Below are positions 59,502 to 64,000 of a stretch of 64,000 bases of DNA, piece by piece. The stretch's first letter is position 1. Each line of letters opens with the position of its first letter. Made by a program: the position numbers and the translations under genes. Source of the stretch: Blastocatellia bacterium (GTDB lineage: Bacteria > Acidobacteriota > Blastocatellia > RBC074); the NCBI GenBank assembly GCA_031409955.1, contig JANNYF010000012.1, forward strand, positions 25,927-89,926, given 5' to 3'. A model generated the notes under the pieces. It searched no databases, was not told the origin of the DNA, and saw only the letters and a list, made by a program, of their open reading frames with translations.

Positions 59502-61910
59502 ATGCAAACCTTATTACAAGACCTGCGCTATGGGGCGCGAACGTTACGCAGAAAGCCTGGCTTCACGTTGATCGCGGTGCTGACACTGGCGCTCGGCATT
59601 GGCGCGAACACGGCGATTTTCAGCGTCGTGAATGCGCTCGTATTTCGGTCACTGCCATTCCAGGACGCGGGGCGGCTCGTGTGGATTGCGAATGTCCATG
59701 AAGGCGGGCTGTCGGGGCAGACGACGCGCGTCAGCAATTACCAGGACTGGCGCACGCGCAATCAATCGTTTGCAGACATCGCGGCCTATTACGCGTTCTC
59801 GGATTACGAAAGCTTCAATCTGACGGGCGGCGGCGAGCCGGAGCGGTTGATGGGCTATTTCGTGACGCAGAATTTTCTGGGGCTGCTGGGCGTGCAGCCC
59901 ATGCTTGGACGCGGTTTCGATGCGGATGAAAGTCGCATCAATGGGCGGAAAGCCGTGATGCTCAGCTATGGATTTTGGCAGCGGCGCTATGGCGGTGACG
60001 CGAAGATCGTTGGGCAAACGATCACGCTGAAAGATCAAGCTACGCTGGTGGTGGGCGTCTTGCCGCCGAGCTTTGATTTTGCTTCGATGTTCACGCCGGG
60101 CGCGCGGGTAGACCTGATCGCACCGTTCCCGGTCAGCAAAGAAACTGATCGGATGGGCAATACGCTGGCCGTCATCGGCAGGCTGAAACCGAGCGTCAAC
60201 ATTTCACAGGCACAGGCAGAATTCGATGCACTCAATCAGCAATTGAAACAAGCGTACCCGGAACGCGGGGCGGATTTTGGCGCACGTCTGACAGGCCTAC
60301 AGCAACAGATCAATGGACGCTTTCAGCGCGGCTTGTGGGTGCTGTTTGCGGCGGTCGGCTGTGTGCTGTTGATTGCCTGCGCCAATCTGTCGAATCTGAT
60401 GCTGGTGCGCGCATCTTCGCGACGGAAGGAGATTGCGTTGCGGCTCGCACTTGGTGCCACGCGTTGGCGATTGGTGCGCCAGATGCTGACCGAAAGCGTT
60501 TTGCTGGCGGCGGGTGGCGCGATAATTGGCTTGCCGTTGGCACTGTTCGCTACAGAAGCCATTGCGTCAACCACTTCGTTTAGCCTTCCGCTGCTGCAAA
60601 CGATCAAGGTGGATATGACGGCGCTGCTGTTCACACTGGCTGTCACGGTCGGCACGGGGCTGCTCTTTGGCGTGATGCCCGCGTCGCAAGCGACGGGAAC
60701 GAATGTGCAGAAAGACTTGCAGGACGCGACGCGTGGCTCAAGCGAAGGCAAGCAGAGTGGACGGTTGCGCGATGTGCTGGTCGTTGCCGAAATCGCGCTG
60801 GCGTGTGTGCTGTTGATTGGCGCAGGTTTGCTAATTCGCAGTTTCTGGCAAGTGCTGCAAACCGATCCCGGTTTTCGTGCCGAACAGACGGCAGTCTGGC
60901 GCATTGAGCCGGGGCGAAAGTATTCAACCGCTGCGCAAGTCATGGCGCTGTACACCACGCTTACCGAACGCGTCGCCGCGCTCCCTGGAGTCGTATCCGT
61001 CGGCCTGACCGATACGCTGCCGCTCGGACGCAATCGTAGCTGGGACGTGCGCGTCAAAGGCCAGGCTCCGCGCGAAGGCGTAGACGTATTTCCGCGCATG
61101 ATTGATCCCGGCTATTTCAAAACAATGAATATCGCCTTGCGCACTGGGCGCGACTTCACGAAATTCGATACCGACAAAACGGAACAGGTGATGATTCTCA
61201 GCGAAGCCCTCGCCCAACGTTTGTTTCCCGGTCAGGACGCCATCGGACGCCAAACTGTGACGGGCAACCGCGAATATCGCGTGCTCGGCGTCGTGAGCAA
61301 CGTGCGGCACAGTTCGCTTGAAGCAGCAGCCGAACCAGAAATGTATTTCCCGTTGGCACAAGCTACGCAAGGTTCCGTCGAAATGGTCGTGCGCACCACG
61401 CAGCCACCGGAAGCGATGGCTTCAGAGATTCAACGCGCCCTACAATCCGTGGACGCGAATTTGCCTGTGCGTGACTTTCGCACGCTGGAAGGTATCGTCG
61501 CGCAATCGGTTTCGCCTCGGCGTTTTGTGATGCTGTTGCTGGGCGGATTTGCGGGGCTGGCGTTGTTGCTGGCGGCGCTGGGGATTTACGGTGTGATTTC
61601 TTTTTCCGTCGCGCAACGCACACAGGAAATCGGCATTCGCCTCGCGTTGGGCGCACAGGCCGCTGACGTGCTGAAGCTGGTGATGGGGCAGGGCGCAAAG
61701 TTGATCTTCAGCGGAGTGGCATTGGGTCTACTGATGGCGTTCTTGTTGGCACAGGTGATGCGCAGCATGTTGTTTGGCGTGAGCGCGACCGACCCCCTGA
61801 CCTTCGGTATGATTGCGCTGTTGTTGACGATAGTTGCGCTGCTGGCTTGTTATCTACCAGCCCGCCGCGCGACGAAGGTTGATCCAATGATTGCGTTGCG
61901 GTGCGAATAA
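59502..61910 (+). CDS. ADOP-family FtsX/MacB-like ABC permease (third tandem paralog)
   Basis: RBS gggagaa. [35 protein letters not shown]. The 5' end is nearly identical to the previous paralog at nucleotide level. Confidence 0.85.
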   Translation: MQTLLQDLRYGARTLRRKPGFTLIAVLTLALGIGANTAIFSVVNALVFRSLPFQDAGRLVWIANVHEGGLSGQTTRVSNYQDWRTRNQSFADIAAYYAFSDYESFNLTGGGEPERLMGYFVTQNFLGLLGVQPMLGRGFDADESRINGRKAVMLSYGFWQRRYGGDAKIVGQTITLKDQATLVVGVLPPSFDFASMFTPGARVDLIAPFPVSKETDRMGNTLAVIGRLKPSVNISQAQAEFDALNQQLKQAYPERGADFGARLTGLQQQINGRFQRGLWVLFAAVGCVLLIACANLSNLMLVRASSRRKEIALRLALGATRWRLVRQMLTESVLLAAGGAIIGLPLALFATEAIASTTSFSLPLLQTIKVDMTALLFTLAVTVGTGLLFGVMPASQATGTNVQKDLQDATRGSSEGKQSGRLRDVLVVAEIALACVLLIGAGLLIRSFWQVLQTDPGFRAEQTAVWRIEPGRKYSTAAQVMALYTTLTERVAALPGVVSVGLTDTLPLGRNRSWDVRVKGQAPREGVDVFPRMIDPGYFKTMNIALRTGRDFTKFDTDKTEQVMILSEALAQRLFPGQDAIGRQTVTGNREYRVLGVVSNVRHSSLEAAAEPEMYFPLAQATQGSVEMVVRTTQPPEAMASEIQRALQSVDANLPVRDFRTLEGIVAQSVSPRRFVMLLLGGFAGLALLLAALGIYGVISFSVAQRTQEIGIRLALGAQAADVLKLVMGQGAKLIFSGVALGLLMAFLLAQVMRSMLFGVSATDPLTFGMIALLLTIVALLACYLPARRATKVDPMIALRCE

Positions 61911-61954
61911 TTGAAGTCTGTCACCTACTCGTGGCAGGATTCCAGGCGGATTGG

Positions 61955-62104
61955 CTATACCTGGTTTGCAGCTACGATCCGCCGGATGGCGGGTTCAAGC
62001 GCGGGCAAGTCCTCGGTGGCCGTTTTCCATTCGACCACCAGATTCACGCCAAAGTAGTTATGGGTGAGCTTGTCACGCATCCCGCCATTGCCCGCCCTGG
62101 CGCT
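61955..62104 (-). pseudogene. Truncated HEPN (DUF86) toxin gene: C-terminal fragment only
   Basis: Minus-strand frame encodes ...GMRDKLTHNYFGVNLVVEWKTATEDLPALEPAIRRIVAANQV*, with an R-x(4)-H HEPN motif in DUF86 context. The frame is closed by a TGA only about 8 codons upstream of the Met, so the N-terminal half is missing. Sits immediately downstream of an MNT gene, as in HEPN/MNT modules. Confidence 0.5.
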
Positions 62105-62148
62105 TCAGAATAAGCGTCTCGCACGGAAGCCGGAATCTGCTTCGTAAC

Positions 62149-62421
62149 TCATACTTGCACGACCTCGGCAAGAATCCGCTGGCCCAGCACCGGTTTCAGC
62201 GCCTCTTGCATGACCAGATCAACTTTGATTTCCAACAGGTCTGTCAGGTAATTCTCCAACGCGACGAATTGCAACAGGCCCGGCGGTTCATCGAAGGTTA
62301 TTAACAGGTCTAGATCGCTATCCGGGCGCTCTTCGTGGCGGACATACGAGCCAAAGACACCCAATGATTTCACCCGAAATCTTTCCGCCAGTGACGGCAA
62401 GCACTGCTGAAGCTTCGCCAT
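62149..62421 (-). CDS. Minimal nucleotidyltransferase (MNT) antitoxin-type protein
   Basis: GVFGSYVRHEERPDSDLDLLI (G-S...D.D) nucleotidyltransferase signature, about 90 aa from MAKLQQ. Confidence 0.7.
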   Translation of the reverse strand: MAKLQQCLPSLAERFRVKSLGVFGSYVRHEERPDSDLDLLITFDEPPGLLQFVALENYLTDLLEIKVDLVMQEALKPVLGQRILAEVVQV

Positions 62422-62536
62422 GATGCTGATGAGATCAGTTTGTTTAGACAGCAATGGCTCGGTTTCGATTGGAATCGTTGGTATAACACGCGGCTCCTTG
62501 TGATTGACACGGCAATGATAAACCACGTGTCAGACT

Positions 62537-62814
62537 TTGGCGAATTTCAATTGCCGTGCCGCTCGTGACGTGATGAATGAAGGCTGGATGAGCCGCTTGG
62601 GCTACGACCTGACGCAGCGCGTGAAAGACGCCATCGAAGTCTTCAAGCTGAACACGAAAGACTACCCGCAATCAGCGAACGTGGGGGACAGTCTGGGCGA
62701 GGCGTATCTGGACGATGGGAAGAAGGAATTGGCATCAAGAATTTTCAGCGTGTGGTCGAACTTGATCCGCAGAATGCAGGCGCGGTTGAGGCGCTGAAGA
62801 AACTTAGAGAGTAA
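62537..62814 (+). pseudogene. TPR-repeat protein C-terminal fragment with frameshift
   Basis: ...DAIEVFKLNTKDYPQSANVGDSLGEAYLDDGKKELA in one frame continues as IKNFQRVVELDPQNAGAVEALKKLRE* in another. No credible N-terminal domain. Confidence 0.35.
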
Positions 62815-62834
62815 GAGTGAGAGCAATTAGCTGG

Positions 62835-64000
62835 TCAGGCAAGCATAGATTCCTGAATCACCAGAATTGGTTCAATGAATCTCTTCAGTTCTTCCTTCTG
62901 CTCTACTAAGAATGGTGCATCTTTGACCTTGGAGTGGAGATTGAGTAGGCGCTTTTCAGCACGGTTGAGAATTGTGTCGTAAAGCATGGGAATTATTTTT
63001 ACTTCCTCGCCTTCCTTTCTAGGTTCCTCTTCACCAGCTTCAATCTCATCACCAAGAACGAATCCATCAACTCGGGTGGTCTTGCGGATATGTCCCTTCG
63101 ACTTCAGTTCCTTCACATACTTCCAAACTTGCTCTTTTTCCTTGGAACCCAATGGCAAGCCGGTTGTTTTGAGGTCGACAATAACAACATGCTCAACACC
63201 GTCTTCGTTGTAATTATCATCGTACGAAGAACGGGCATAGAAGCCAGCACTGCCATCTGGCAAAACAACAAAGTCTGGGCGGTTCCGAGATCCCTTACCT
63301 TTCTTGTCTCCAAAAAGCTCACGAATGACAGTAGTCATACCTCTATTAGAAGTAAACTCAATTGATTCAAACTGAGGGCCAAACATCCACAAGCCTTTTT
63401 CGAATAAGGGCTGTAGCTCGTGGACTTCATCAATGCCTACGATTTTAAGCTTTTCTTTCAACTCACTGATTAGCTTGAGTCTGTTCTGGATTTCGTCCAA
63501 CACAATTTTGGCCATCCCAATAGTCCATTGGGTCAGAACTTCATGGAGTGCATCCAGATCATGCGGGTCTTGGTTGTGAAGCAACTCCAGAAGTCCATAC
63601 CTAGACTTGGCTTTCTCAAGCTTGGTTAGAATTGAAGTTAGTTGCACGATTTCCTGCTCTCCAAAGTTTGGGCATTTATCTACAACCTCGTTCACAAACC
63701 CTTCAACCCTGTCCTTGCTCAGCGGGGGTAAGCTGTTGACTTCTCCCCCAACCTTTTCAATGACAGACTGTCGTTTTGTCTCTCTCTCGGCTTTATTACT
63801 TTGAAAAATAATGTCCCGAATCTTGTCTTGAACGATTGGCCTGACAGTGTTCCAAATCGCATTGTCTTCTTTGAACCATGACCAGTCTTCAAGAACCGCG
63901 TTGGCTTCATTAAGAAAATCCGCCTGGACAATGAAAGTGTAGCGCTTTGCCTCAGAAGTTCTGCCGTCCAGAATTCGCTCGAAGTCACTGCCCCGCCATT
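62835..64000 (-). CDS. Partial (5'-truncated by window edge) PD-(D/E)xK nuclease-family protein, possibly defence-related; lies in AT-richer DNA
   Basis: The frame stays open from 64000 to the stop at 62835, so the GTG at 63695 in the ORF track is not the real start. C-terminal region carries RPDFVVLPDG ... VVIVDLKTTG ... QVWKY (PD...(D/E)xK...QxxxY) preceded by ELQPLFEKGLWMFGPQFE. Base composition is visibly lower in GC than the rest of the window. Confidence 0.55.
   Translation of the reverse strand, partial: WRGSDFERILDGRTSEAKRYTFIVQADFLNEANAVLEDWSWFKEDNAIWNTVRPIVQDKIRDIIFQSNKAERETKRQSVIEKVGGEVNSLPPLSKDRVEGFVNEVVDKCPNFGEQEIVQLTSILTKLEKAKSRYGLLELLHNQDPHDLDALHEVLTQWTIGMAKIVLDEIQNRLKLISELKEKLKIVGIDEVHELQPLFEKGLWMFGPQFESIEFTSNRGMTTVIRELFGDKKGKGSRNRPDFVVLPDGSAGFYARSSYDDNYNEDGVEHVVIVDLKTTGLPLGSKEKEQVWKYVKELKSKGHIRKTTRVDGFVLGDEIEAGEEEPRKEGEEVKIIPMLYDTILNRAEKRLLNLHSKVKDAPFLVEQKEELKRFIEPILVIQESMLA

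Noticed and set aside
61901-62113. 70-aa plus-strand ORF
   Set aside because: Antisense to the HEPN (DUF86) remnant, which gives the far better protein-like translation on the minus strand.
62835-63695. GTG start at 63695 for the terminal nuclease-like ORF
   Set aside because: The reading frame remains open with protein-like sequence all the way to position 64000. The gene is 5'-partial and the ORF-track start is an artefact of requiring an initiator codon.

Overview
This 64 kb window is chromosomal DNA that looks like an Acidobacteria (Solibacter/Bryobacter-type) genome. The call rests on four family hallmarks: giant CarboxypepD_reg-type TonB-dependent receptors, three tandem ADOP (FtsX-like) permeases, a winged-helix/TolB-propeller regulator, and a TIGR03437 C-terminal domain on a DUF5666-repeat protein. 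The left end is the conserved skp-skp-lpxD-fabZ-lpxA lipid A/OMP-chaperone block, followed by an inserted Rpn-type PD-(D/E)xK nuclease gene. A secreted PHP-like hydrolase, a TonB-dependent receptor, cdaA-cdaR (c-di-AMP synthesis) and tRNA-Pro(CGG) follow. From 13.7 to 21.7 kb a single-strand gene string encodes a Tat-signal ThDP enzyme, an RHH/Doc toxin-antitoxin pair with a translationally coupled third gene, a small cytochrome c, two tandem paralogs that fuse a heme-c domain to a DBH/PHM-like copper monooxygenase-like core, a DUF1579-like protein and a secreted VOC protein. A PVA-dehydrogenase-like quinohemoprotein is divergently transcribed from this string. Next come DPP-IV, nitronate monooxygenase, a caspase-FGE fusion, an alpha/beta hydrolase and two more giant TonB receptors. 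The second of these has a good sigma-54 type promoter. After them come the winged-helix/TolB regulator, a HExxH secreted protein, and an operon of CHASE2 histidine kinase, sigma-54 response regulator and FecR-domain OM protein in which both the kinase and the regulator carry single-nucleotide frameshifts. Then a DUF5666x5 protein, a beta-propeller/phosphoesterase fusion and three ADOP permeases. The right end is an AT-richer decayed island carrying an MNT antitoxin with a truncated HEPN partner, a TPR fragment and a partial PD-(D/E)xK nuclease-like gene running off the window. At least five families of palindromic or tandem intergenic repeats punctuate the gene boundaries. No CRISPR array and no rRNA are present.
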